Origin: an uncultured Planctomycetota bacterium
GTDB taxonomy: Bacteria; Planctomycetota; Phycisphaerae; Tepidisphaerales; Tepidisphaeraceae
Direction: 5' to 3'
Assembly (NCBI GenBank): GCA_963841915.1
Contig: CAWJEN010000005.1
Location: 384,001-448,000, forward strand
Length of the DNA stretch: 64,000 bases
Made by a program: the position numbers and the translations under genes. This document shows, piece by piece, positions 11,185-19,684 of the stretch (its first letter is position 1; each line of letters starts with the position of its first letter). The notes under the pieces are model-generated. The model was not told the origin of the DNA. It was given only the letters and a program-made list of their open reading frames with translations, and did no database searches.

Positions 11185-11200
11185 TGTTCCACGTGGAACA
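11185..11200. promoter_or_regulatory. parS site
   Basis: TGTTCCACGTGGAACA. Confidence 0.85.
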
Positions 11201-11277
11201 TTGGGCTTGAATAGAGATTGCCGACCCCCACTTGGCCGCCGCCGCGCAACACAAATTCGAGTTTGAGCGCAGCAAGA

Positions 11278-11305
11278 GGGCCGGAAGCGTTGAAGCTTCC
11301 GGCCC
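11278..11305 (-). terminator. Probable terminator hairpin after the RRM gene
   Basis: GGGCCGGAAGC/GCTTCCGGCCC 11-bp stem just downstream of the minus-strand gene. Confidence 0.55.
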
Positions 11306-11347
11306 GTTTGGATGTTGCTGGGTGAAGTAGTGAGGCTGGGGGGAGGA

Positions 11348-11860
11348 TCAGTAGCGATCGCCGCCGCGGTTTCCACCGCCGCCGCCACCACCACCGCCGT
11401 AGCCACCACCGCCCCCGCGGTTGCCGCCACCACCACCGCCACCGCGGTAGCCGCCGCCACCACCGCTGCCACCGCCGCCGTAGCCACCACCGCCGCCGCC
11501 GCGGTTTCCACCGCCGCCGCCGCCGTAGCCACCACCGCCGCCGCTGCCACCGCGGTTTCCACCGCCACCACCGCCACCGCGGTAGCCGCCGCCACCACCG
11601 CCACCACCACCACGCTCTTCGCGCGGCTGGGCCTCATTGACCTTGAGAGGCCGACCTTCGATCGGCTTCTGGTCAGTGCCCTCGATGGCGGCCTTGGCCT
11701 CTTCATCGTTGTTCATCGTGACGAACGCGAAACCACGGCTACGGCCGGTTTCCCGGTCGCGGGCGAGGAACACGTCATCGACAGTGCCGAACTCGCCAAA
11801 CATGGCCATGAGTTCGGGCTCTTCGGTCCGGTAGGGAAGGTTCCCAACAAACAGTCGCAT
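11348..11860 (-). CDS. RRM RNA-binding protein with long glycine-rich tail
   Basis: RNP2 LFVGNL, RNP1 RGFAFVTM, LKVNEA, then G-rich YG/YR/NR repeats. Confidence 0.95.
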   Translation of the reverse strand: MRLFVGNLPYRTEEPELMAMFGEFGTVDDVFLARDRETGRSRGFAFVTMNNDEEAKAAIEGTDQKPIEGRPLKVNEAQPREERGGGGGGGGGYRGGGGGGGNRGGSGGGGGYGGGGGGNRGGGGGGYGGGGSGGGGGYRGGGGGGGNRGGGGGYGGGGGGGGGNRGGDRY

Positions 11861-12080
11861 CGCAGTCTCTTATCTGATCAGCCGGGCGACGCAATCGTCG
11901 TGCGGCAAGGTGTCGCCGGGCGGGAAGGTGTTCAGGACGAACCGCTTCGAAGCCGCAGGGCGAGTCTCGAACATTGCGAACGGCACGGTGCCGAACGCCG
12001 CGGCAGTCTATGCGGACTCCGCGGCGTCTGCCGGACAAACAGTCGATTCCCCAGCTTCGGTCATTCGCACCGACGGTCGA

Positions 12081-12096
12081 GGTTCCACGTGGAACA
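12081..12096. promoter_or_regulatory. parS site
   Basis: GGTTCCACGTGGAACA, 14-bp perfect core, just upstream of fba. Confidence 0.8.
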
Positions 12097-12121
12097 AAAA
12101 TTACGCCTAGGCTGCCGCAAT

Positions 12122-13135
12122 ATGCCCCTGATGACTACCAAGCCGATGTTTGACCTCGCCTACGAAGGCGGCTTTGCCGTCGGCGCGTTCAACGTCAACA
12201 ACATGGAGCTGGCCCAGGCGATCATCGACGCCTGCGTGGCCGAGAAGTCGCCTTGCATCCTGCAGATCAGCAAGGGTGCCCGCTCGTACGCCAACATCCG
12301 CTACCTCAAGCACATCATCGACGCAGCCGTCGAGGACAATCCCGAGGTCCCGATCGCCATCCACTGTGACCACGGCGACACGGTCGAGCTCATCAAGGAC
12401 TGCATCGACGACGGCTACACCAGCGTCATGATTGACGGCAGCCACCACGAGTACGACGAGAATGTGCGGCTGACCAAGGAAGCCGTCGACCTCGCCCACC
12501 AGCACGGCGTTGTTGTCGAAGCCGAGCTCGGCATGCTCGGTGGCATTGAAGAAGACGTCGTCGGCCTCGACGCCGCCGAGTACGAGAAGAACATCGAGAA
12601 GTTTCTGACCGATCCCGAAGAGGCCAAGGACTTCTACGAAAAGACCGGCATCGACAGCCTCGCCGTTGCGATCGGCACGAGCCACGGCGCCTTCAAGTTC
12701 ACGCACGAAGCCAAGCTGGCCTTCGACCGCGTCGAGCAGATCATGAAAACGTGCCCGGGCCTGCCGCTGGTCATGCACGGCAGCTCGAGCGTGCCGGCGG
12801 AGTTTGTCGACCTTGTCAACAAGTACGGCGGCAAGATGCCCAACGCCAAGGGCGTACCCGAGGACCAGATCTCGATGGCCGTCCGCAACTACGGCGTCTG
12901 CAAGGTCAACATCGATACCGACCTTCGCCTGGCCATGACGGCCAAGATTCGTGAGGTCTTCCACACGAAGCCCGAAGAGTTTGACCCTCGCAAGTACCTC
13001 GGGCCGGCACGCGATGCCATCACCGAGATGGTGAAGCGCAAGCTCCACGTGCTCAACAGCGCCGGCAAGAGTGCGGATGTTGTCAAGCAGTGGGAGAGCC
13101 TCGGCAAGCCGATGCCAGGCTTCTACAAGAGCTGA
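12122..13135 (+). CDS. fba: Class II fructose-1,6-bisphosphate aldolase
   Basis: AVGAFNVNN, HCDH, SVMIDGS, VEAELG, LAVAIGTSHG, LVMHGSS, KVNIDTD and DPRKYL motifs; real start ATG 12122. Confidence 0.95.
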   Translation: MPLMTTKPMFDLAYEGGFAVGAFNVNNMELAQAIIDACVAEKSPCILQISKGARSYANIRYLKHIIDAAVEDNPEVPIAIHCDHGDTVELIKDCIDDGYTSVMIDGSHHEYDENVRLTKEAVDLAHQHGVVVEAELGMLGGIEEDVVGLDAAEYEKNIEKFLTDPEEAKDFYEKTGIDSLAVAIGTSHGAFKFTHEAKLAFDRVEQIMKTCPGLPLVMHGSSSVPAEFVDLVNKYGGKMPNAKGVPEDQISMAVRNYGVCKVNIDTDLRLAMTAKIREVFHTKPEEFDPRKYLGPARDAITEMVKRKLHVLNSAGKSADVVKQWESLGKPMPGFYKS

Positions 13136-13156
13136 GGGGCTCGCAGAAGCCAAGCC

Positions 13157-13193
13157 GAAGAGGCCGCACCCGACTCGGGTGCGGCCTCTTCTT
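13157..13193 (+). terminator. Intrinsic terminator
   Basis: GAAGAGGCCGCACCCG/CGGGTGCGGCCTCTTC 16-bp stem followed by TT, after fba. Confidence 0.75.
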
Positions 13194-13220
13194 GCGCGGC
13201 CCTGGTCCTAGAACCTGCTG

Positions 13221-14096
13221 ATGCACAAGACCGCTGACGGGCTCGAGTCTCTTGGTTCGATGATGACCCTGCGCCCCGGCGAGTCTGGCTGGCAGCGGGA
13301 GCTGTTTCATGTGATCTTCGGGCACAAGAGCGCCGCCGGTCGCTGGTTTGATGTCGCCCTCCTCGTCGCAGTGCTCGGCAGCGTCGTCGCTGTCATGGCT
13401 GAAAGCGTCGACTCGATCCAGACAAACTACGGCCCGCTGCTTGTCGGCGTCGAGTGGTTCTTCACGATCCTCTTCACCATCGAGTATGTCCTGCGGCTAG
13501 CCTGCCTGCAGCGCAAGAGGGCCTACGCGGGCAGCTTCTTCGGCATTGTCGACTTTCTGGCCATCCTGCCGACGTTCCTGACGCTAATACCCGGCGTGGA
13601 GACGCAAGCGCTCGCCACCATCAGAGCTCTTCGGCTGCTACGCGTCTTCCGCATCCTGAAGCTCGTGCCGCTCGTCCACGAAGCGACTGCTCTACGCGAC
13701 GGGCTGTGGCAGAGCCGTTCGAAGCTGGCCGTGTTCCTACTGGCCGTGTTGATCGCGGTGACGATCATGGGTTCGCTCATGCACGTAGTCGAGGGCAGCC
13801 ACAATCCTGACTTCGGCAGCATTCCGGCGAGCATCTACTGGGCCGTCATCACCATGACCACCGTTGGTTACGGTGACGTCGTGCCGCTGACGCCGTTCGG
13901 CAAGTTCCTTTCGGCCGTCCTGATCATCTTCGGCTACTCGCTCATCGTCGTGCCGACGGGCATCGTGTCGGCAACGATCAAACAGCCTGACGCCTCCCCG
14001 ACGGGCTCGCTTCGTGTCGGCCTGCCCTGCCCGATCTGCGGCGGCAGCTGCATTAAAGAAGCACCGCTGTGTCCCTGGTGTGGGACACAGCGGTGA
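13221..14096 (+). CDS. Voltage-gated potassium channel (ion transporter)
   Basis: S4 segment IRALRLLRVFRILK; selectivity filter TTVGYGD; C-terminal CxxC..CxxC. Start may be 13260. Confidence 0.92.
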   Translation: MHKTADGLESLGSMMTLRPGESGWQRELFHVIFGHKSAAGRWFDVALLVAVLGSVVAVMAESVDSIQTNYGPLLVGVEWFFTILFTIEYVLRLACLQRKRAYAGSFFGIVDFLAILPTFLTLIPGVETQALATIRALRLLRVFRILKLVPLVHEATALRDGLWQSRSKLAVFLLAVLIAVTIMGSLMHVVEGSHNPDFGSIPASIYWAVITMTTVGYGDVVPLTPFGKFLSAVLIIFGYSLIVVPTGIVSATIKQPDASPTGSLRVGLPCPICGGSCIKEAPLCPWCGTQR

Positions 14097-14164
14097 AGTT
14101 TCAGGGGCGAGCTTAACAGGCCGAGCTCGGATGTTGCGAGCGAAGTTGCCATGCCTCTTGAGAA

Positions 14165-15352
14165 TCAGTAGCCGGCGCTGCCGCGTGCAAGATCCGTGTT
14201 GCCTGGAACCTTCAAGCGGTAGTAAGAACGCTTGAACTCATTGTCGGCGAAGTTCTCCGTGTCCTCAGGGTGGCCACCAGTCGACTTCCACGTAAGGCTT
14301 CGGACGCTGCCGTCATTGAAAGCAACGTTGGCAGCCGAGTCGGAGCGGTGACGCCAGCGGACGGTCCCGATCTGAGCGACCAGAGCTTGAAGACTGCCCG
14401 ATCCTGAAGGCTGCTCGTAGCCCAAAGGTCCATTCGCGTACTCACCAGCACCTGCAAAGAGAGGCGAGGAGGCAGCGACTTGATAAATCGGGAAGCTGTC
14501 GCCATACACCGGATTAGCCTGAAGGCTGTCCGGAATGGCTTCGCGGTAACGAAGCCGCTGTCCCATGGCCGTGCCGTAGGGATCGACGCCGTAGACGCCG
14601 ATGAGTCCCGTGTTGTCGAAATCGATGTAAGACTGGGCGAAGAAGCTGATCCAACGGTTGCCGAGGCCAGTTGGGGTTGAAGCCCACACAGGTTGATCCC
14701 AGAAGAGCGCGTTGTCGGAGTACATGTTGCTGGCTTTTGCCGGCTTCTGCATCTTTGTCAGCAGGTCCGCGGTCACCTTCGTCGGGGGAATCAGTGCAAT
14801 GGACGGATTACCGGTACCGCCGGCTACTGACACAGCTCCGAAGACTTCTGCAACGACGTTGCTGAACACCGTCGGGTTGGCCGCATAAGCAATCCGCTGC
14901 GCACCCGGGGCTTCTGGACATTCGAAGCTGGGATTGATCGCCTCGTCAGGCAACAAACCCGCGTTGGCCGAAGGCTGCGATGCGATCTCATTGCCGAATT
15001 CACTACCGCCCATGTAGTCAGACAACGTCGTCACCCAAGTGACCCGGCGGTTGCTCGGCGCAGAGGCAAGGCTCTGGAACTGAAGCCGGTTCTGGAACGC
15101 GAGTCCCCAAGGCATGGAGAACTGATTCTCACCAGAATAACCGGCAGCCGCCTGCGAGATCGACCGGAGGTTGGCACCACACTTGACGCTGCGACCGCTA
15201 TCCTGCGCACGCCCGAGCGTCGGGAGCAAGATGCCCACGAGCAAAGCAATGATGCCGATGACCACCAACAGCTCGACGAGCGTGAAACCTCGGCCTGCGT
15301 GGTGAAATAGTTGCCTCGTGCTGGCAGGACTGGTTGAACTCAGCTTTTTCAT
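14165..15352 (-). CDS. Prepilin-type N-terminal cleavage/methylation protein with H-X9-DG C-terminus (DUF1559-like)
   Basis: GFTLVELLVVIGIIALLVGILLP...C..NLR; RHRSDSAANVAFNDG. Confidence 0.9.
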   Translation of the reverse strand: MKKLSSTSPASTRQLFHHAGRGFTLVELLVVIGIIALLVGILLPTLGRAQDSGRSVKCGANLRSISQAAAGYSGENQFSMPWGLAFQNRLQFQSLASAPSNRRVTWVTTLSDYMGGSEFGNEIASQPSANAGLLPDEAINPSFECPEAPGAQRIAYAANPTVFSNVVAEVFGAVSVAGGTGNPSIALIPPTKVTADLLTKMQKPAKASNMYSDNALFWDQPVWASTPTGLGNRWISFFAQSYIDFDNTGLIGVYGVDPYGTAMGQRLRYREAIPDSLQANPVYGDSFPIYQVAASSPLFAGAGEYANGPLGYEQPSGSGSLQALVAQIGTVRWRHRSDSAANVAFNDGSVRSLTWKSTGGHPEDTENFADNEFKRSYYRLKVPGNTDLARGSAGY

Positions 15353-15781
15353 GAAGAGGATTGGTTAGGAGTTGAAAATATGGAGAGGCGAGGCGGGCGT
15401 ACTCAGCCGTCCAATCGTAGCGAAAGGTAGCCTGCAGGATATCACGTCAGGGGGACGTCAAAGCCCTGTTCCGCTGACTTCACCCGCTTCTTGTTCGCCC
15501 GAGCTTCCGCCTGGGTTTCGTGAACAGAGTATTTTTTGCAGACGTGGGCACCCAGGCTCGACTGCGATCTGGGGCCGACCGACATCGCGGCCCCTTAGCT
15601 TACCGAAGGCCAGTCAATCGACGTGCCTGGCGAACCTTCCTGCTTGACGCACGTCCAAAGGTCGGCGAAGCTCGGAGCGTCGGGGTCATCCGACGCTGCC
15701 GCCTTTGCTGGTCTGAGTTGCTCCTACTGCGTCTCAAGGCCATCTTCGACATCTGCTCGCCTCCATCCAATCCGACTCATC

Positions 15782-16186
15782 ATGATGAAGCTCCCTCAAG
15801 CCCTGTTCGTCGTTGCAGCCCTTCTCACCTGCTCCACATTGCCACATGCGTCTCAAGCCGCCGATTCGACCGCAGCGTCGCCTTTGGTTGCGCAAGGCGT
15901 CGGAACTGTCAAAGGCAAAGTCACTGGTAAAGACGGTAAGCCGGCCGAAGGTGTCCCGGTAAAGTTCTTCGGGGCGATCTCGCATCCCGGTAGTGATCGC
16001 GACGAAGCCATGCTGCTGTCTCAGATGGCGGCCACGACAGACAAGGAAGGCAACTTCGAGATCAAGTTGCCTGCCAACACCTACAAGTTCGAGGCCAACA
16101 AGTTCGGACATCCGGACGGTTACGCTTCCGGACGCCTTCGCGTGACTGCCGGCGAGATCCAGGAGAAAAAAATCCAGTTGCAGTAA
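15782..16186 (+). CDS. Secreted carboxypeptidase-regulatory-like (transthyretin-fold) domain protein
   Basis: Signal peptide; GTVKGKVT..DGKP..GV.V and TTDKEGNFEI.LP..TY motifs. Confidence 0.75.
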   Translation: MMKLPQALFVVAALLTCSTLPHASQAADSTAASPLVAQGVGTVKGKVTGKDGKPAEGVPVKFFGAISHPGSDRDEAMLLSQMAATTDKEGNFEIKLPANTYKFEANKFGHPDGYASGRLRVTAGEIQEKKIQLQ

Positions 16187-16201
16187 CACGCATCTACTCG
16201 C

Positions 16202-16492
16202 TCACCTGACCCCGCGGCCGACGCGGGTGGCGTTGGACAGACCGTCCTCGCCGCCTGTGTCGGCCGCTTTGCCTTTGCCGCCTCCGGTCATGGCCGCGCC
16301 GCCGACGCTGCCGGTTGGGGCGATTTTGTCGGCACCAATTTTGCCCGTCGGGCCCAGAACCGGCGTCTGACCACGTGCGGCCGGGCCGCCGCTGAGCTCG
16401 CGATGACGCAGCCAGGCACTGACGAGCTCGAAGCCGAGGTAACCGAGCAAGGCTGCAACGAGAAGGCCGACGGCCGATTTGGTGTTGAACAT
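16202..16492 (-). CDS. Small hypothetical membrane-anchored protein
   Basis: ATG start, N-terminal hydrophobic helix, Gly-rich tail; fills the gap between neighbouring genes. Confidence 0.5.
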   Translation of the reverse strand: MFNTKSAVGLLVAALLGYLGFELVSAWLRHRELSGGPAARGQTPVLGPTGKIGADKIAPTGSVGGAAMTGGGKGKAADTGGEDGLSNATRVGRGVR

Positions 16493-16590
16493 GATCGCGA
16501 CGATAAGTCTCCGCCGACACGGCGTCTGCGCCGAACGTTCTTCCCGCGAGCAGCTGCCCAGCCCGCTCGTGCGCTGCTCTAGTGTCGGCA

Positions 16591-17103
16591 ATGGACCTAG
16601 CCATTCGTCCCGCCACGCCCGCTGACGTGTCTGCGGTCAACGCCCTGCGGAACCACTTCATCCGCACCTGCCCCGCCATCTACACCACGGTTGAGCGGCC
16701 GGACGACCAGGCCATGGACGACTTCGATCGTCGCGATCAGACGCGGCACCCGCTACTGATTGCGACGCTGGATGGACAGTTCGCCGGTTACGGCTCTTTG
16801 TCTGCCTTCGACCCGAACCTGTGCGGGTATCGCGACACGGTGGAAGACAGCGTCTATGTCGATCCCGAGTCGGGCGGTCGCGGCGTCGGTCGTGCTTTGC
16901 TGACGGCCCTTCTCGATGCGGCTCGCGATGTTGGTCATCGAAACGTGATTGCCCGTATTGATAGCAGCGTCGGGCCGAGCCTCGCCCTGCACCGCAAGCA
17001 CGGATTTATCGACGCAGGCACGCTCCGCGGCGTCGGTGAGAAGTTCGGCCGCCGCCTGGACGTGATCTATCTTCAGTATCAAGTTGACACGCCCGCCGCC
17101 TGA
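16591..17103 (+). CDS. GNAT N-acetyltransferase (phosphinothricin acetyltransferase/YncA-like)
   Basis: IRPA, TVEDSVYV..GRGVG, SLALHRKHGF..G..VGEKFGR.LD. Confidence 0.9.
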   Translation: MDLAIRPATPADVSAVNALRNHFIRTCPAIYTTVERPDDQAMDDFDRRDQTRHPLLIATLDGQFAGYGSLSAFDPNLCGYRDTVEDSVYVDPESGGRGVGRALLTALLDAARDVGHRNVIARIDSSVGPSLALHRKHGFIDAGTLRGVGEKFGRRLDVIYLQYQVDTPAA

Positions 17104-18743
17104 CGCAGCTTGTCGAGCGCTTCTGCTTCGATCTGCCTCAGGCGACGACGGCTGACGCCCATCCGCTCGGCCAATGCATCGGGCTCGACCGCCATACCGC
17201 CATCGAAGAGGCCCCACCGAGAGCACAACACCTTTCGCTCACGTGACCCGAGCGTGTCGAGCAGCACATCGATCTCGTCACGACACGCCACGCCCTCCGG
17301 TCCTGCGTCGTTGCAAGCGCTTTCGAGAAGGCTCGAGGGCTCGCCTCCGATGGCCTGCCGGTCGGTCTGCAGCTCGACAACGCCGCGGGCAAAGCCCTTC
17401 ATGAGAGCCAGCGTTGCGTAGGTGCTGAACTTGAAGCCCCTGGCGACGTCGAAGCCTTCGACTGCCCGCATCAGGATGACGTTGCCTTCGCTGACGAGGT
17501 CCATCAGCTCGACGCCCTCGCGGCCCGGCTTGAGGTGCTTTCGGGCGACGTGGACGACGAGCCGCAAGTTGGCGGTCAGCAGCCGGTTTCGAGCCTCGCG
17601 TGCGAGGCGTAGATGCCGTTCCATGCGGGTCAGGTCCCGACGACGACACAGGTGCGGATCGAGCCGGCGACGCATCTCTGCGAAGCGACACTTGTGGAAG
17701 TTGTACGACAAGAAGCCCGCCCGCTCTTGCGTGGGCGTCAGTAGCGGCGTGCGGTAGAGATCCGCCAGGTAAGGCGGCAACCCACGCGGCGGAGCAACCC
17801 GCTCAACGTCGCTCGAACCCAGCGAGGACGACGCAGCGGCTACCAGCGCATTGACCTGTCGCTCGGCCTCCTCAGGATCGCCGTGGAACAGGTCGTCATC
17901 GTGATACTTTACCGTCGCCGCCGCCAGCCGATCAGCCCGCGCAACGACGGCAGCGCGATAGACAGCAGAACGAGGACGACCCAGCTCGGTCGCTAGTGTG
18001 CCCACGGCCTCGCCAGCATTCAGGCGGGCGCAGATGGCGTCACCAGCAAGGGGCTCAGGGCACGCTGCCAACAGTTCCGCATCTGCGGCCTCTATTGCCG
18101 ACCGGGTCGCCAACGTGGTCCGATCTGCTGCCTTTGCGACGCGGAGGACGATCTCGCGACGGTCGTGCCCCGCCGCAGCCAGGCAACGTGCACGTTCGAC
18201 TAGTCGGGCCGACTCCTCCACGTTAACGGCCGCCGCGTGGGCAGAGCCGGGCGTTGCGGATGCGGCGTCGTGCGTGGCGAAGAACCGCTCGGCGCACGAA
18301 AGCCGGAAGCCGACCCGCTGCTTGCCGTCTGCAAAAACTAAACGCCGAGCCGGCAAGCCCTTACGCCGCCACCGCTGCAGCGTCTTGCTCGTGACGCCGA
18401 AACGATCGCACGCAGCGGCAAGGTCCAAGACGGGCTCGCCTTGCAATGACGTGTCATCGACAGCCAGATTACTTTCGCCGCTGACCGTCTCGCACAGCAG
18501 GCCCAGATCGTGCTGAAGTGCAACACCAGCCAGTTGGCTTCCGCCGGCGACGCTTTTGACATCTGCCTCGCGGGAGCGGTATCCGGTCACGCCCTGCAGC
18601 ACGAAAGCAGGCGGGTAAGCCTGATCGGGATCAATTTTGAGTAGCAGCTCTTCGGCTGAGGCGAGCTGTTCCAGCCGCTTTGCGCGCGGCGTGTACCGCA
18701 GCTGCCTGCACAACTCGGCGAGACTCTGTAGCTTAAAGGCCAT
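17079..18743 (-). CDS. Sigma-70 family RNA polymerase sigma factor with N-terminal HTH extension (planctomycete type)
   Basis: YL..L...PLLT..QE, ANLRLVVHVA, DLVSEGN..LMRAVE.FD..RGFKFSTYAT, and region 4 GVSRRRLRQIE..AL.KLR. Confidence 0.9.
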   Translation of the reverse strand: MAFKLQSLAELCRQLRYTPRAKRLEQLASAEELLLKIDPDQAYPPAFVLQGVTGYRSREADVKSVAGGSQLAGVALQHDLGLLCETVSGESNLAVDDTSLQGEPVLDLAAACDRFGVTSKTLQRWRRKGLPARRLVFADGKQRVGFRLSCAERFFATHDAASATPGSAHAAAVNVEESARLVERARCLAAAGHDRREIVLRVAKAADRTTLATRSAIEAADAELLAACPEPLAGDAICARLNAGEAVGTLATELGRPRSAVYRAAVVARADRLAAATVKYHDDDLFHGDPEEAERQVNALVAAASSSLGSSDVERVAPPRGLPPYLADLYRTPLLTPTQERAGFLSYNFHKCRFAEMRRRLDPHLCRRRDLTRMERHLRLAREARNRLLTANLRLVVHVARKHLKPGREGVELMDLVSEGNVILMRAVEGFDVARGFKFSTYATLALMKGFARGVVELQTDRQAIGGEPSSLLESACNDAGPEGVACRDEIDVLLDTLGSRERKVLCSRWGLFDGGMAVEPDALAERMGVSRRRLRQIEAEALDKLRQAAGVST

Positions 18744-19002
18744 GCCACTCCTGTTGTGACGCCAGAGACCGGAACAGCCGCTGTCGCATGTGAAACGCCC
18801 TGGCAGGGTCGGCTGAAGCCGATGGACGCTTCTGGGTGATGTCACAGCCGGCCTCCTCTGACCGACTGCAACGGGTCGGCTCCTCCTCAGAAGCCGACGG
18901 GTAGTATGCGCCGTCGGCCCCGTATCCGTCAAGCCGCACCCCGCAGACGGCACGACATCCTCCTTCTTGCTTCGCGCCTGAATCGAGCTACGGTGGTGGC
19001 GT

Positions 19003-19073
19003 GCGGGTGTAGCTTAGTGGTAAAGCACCGGCTTCCCATGCCGACGATGAGGGTTCGATTCCCTTCACCCGCT
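19003..19073 (+). tRNA. tRNA-Gly(CCC)
   Basis: Acceptor GCGGGTG/CACCCGC, D-arm AGCTTAGTGGTAAAGC, anticodon loop TTCCCAT, T-loop GGTTCGATTCC; no encoded CCA. Confidence 0.95.
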
Positions 19074-19099
19074 TGCGAGCGTCCCCGCTACGGTCGGCC

Positions 19100-19684
19100 A
19101 TGCCTGAGTCTGCAGTACGGTTTGCGGTCACCTGCTATTGCAGCAGTTGCAAGGTGGACCAAGCGTTTCACGACGCTGCGGCGAGACTGGGACACGAGAT
19201 CGGCACCCGCAGCTGGACGCTGATTTACGGTGGAAACTACTGCGGACTCATGGCAGACGTGGCCGACGGCGTAAGGAACGGCGGCGGCCGCGTCGTCGGC
19301 ATCTCGCCGCCCTTCTTCGGCGACGTCGACGACAAGCTCGCCGACGAGTTCGTCGTTGCCACCGACATGCGGCACCGCAAGGCCGAGATGGAACGCCGCG
19401 GCGACGCCTTCGTCATCCTGCCCGGCGGCATCGGGACGCTCGAAGAGTTCTTCGAAATCCTCGTCGGTCGACATCTGGCGGTGCATGACAAGCCGGTCCT
19501 GCTCGTCAACATCAATGGCTTCTACGACCCGCTGATCGCTTGGCTACGGCAGAGTACCGATACCGGCTTTGTGCGGCCGGCGGTGTGGGATCAACTCGAA
19601 GTGGTTGCCGATGTGGAGGCGGTGGCGAGGCGGCTTTCGCAGGCGGCCACCGCTACGGTGGCCGGCGATGCAGCGACCGGATGA
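19100..19684 (+). CDS. LOG family protein (TIGR00730)
   Basis: LIYGG...GLM, MRHRK, PGGIGTLEE and KPVLLVN.NGFYD motifs. Confidence 0.92.
   Translation: MPESAVRFAVTCYCSSCKVDQAFHDAAARLGHEIGTRSWTLIYGGNYCGLMADVADGVRNGGGRVVGISPPFFGDVDDKLADEFVVATDMRHRKAEMERRGDAFVILPGGIGTLEEFFEILVGRHLAVHDKPVLLVNINGFYDPLIAWLRQSTDTGFVRPAVWDQLEVVADVEAVARRLSQAATATVAGDAATG

Noticed and set aside
11312..12121. Ala/Thr-rich N-terminal extension on aldolase (607-aa ORF)
   Set aside because: It is the antisense shadow of the Gly-rich RRM gene; aldolase homology starts at ATG 12122.
18782..18797. Degenerate parS TGTCGCATGTGAAACG upstream of the sigma gene
   Set aside because: Several mismatches, not palindromic, and unlike the eight perfect cores.
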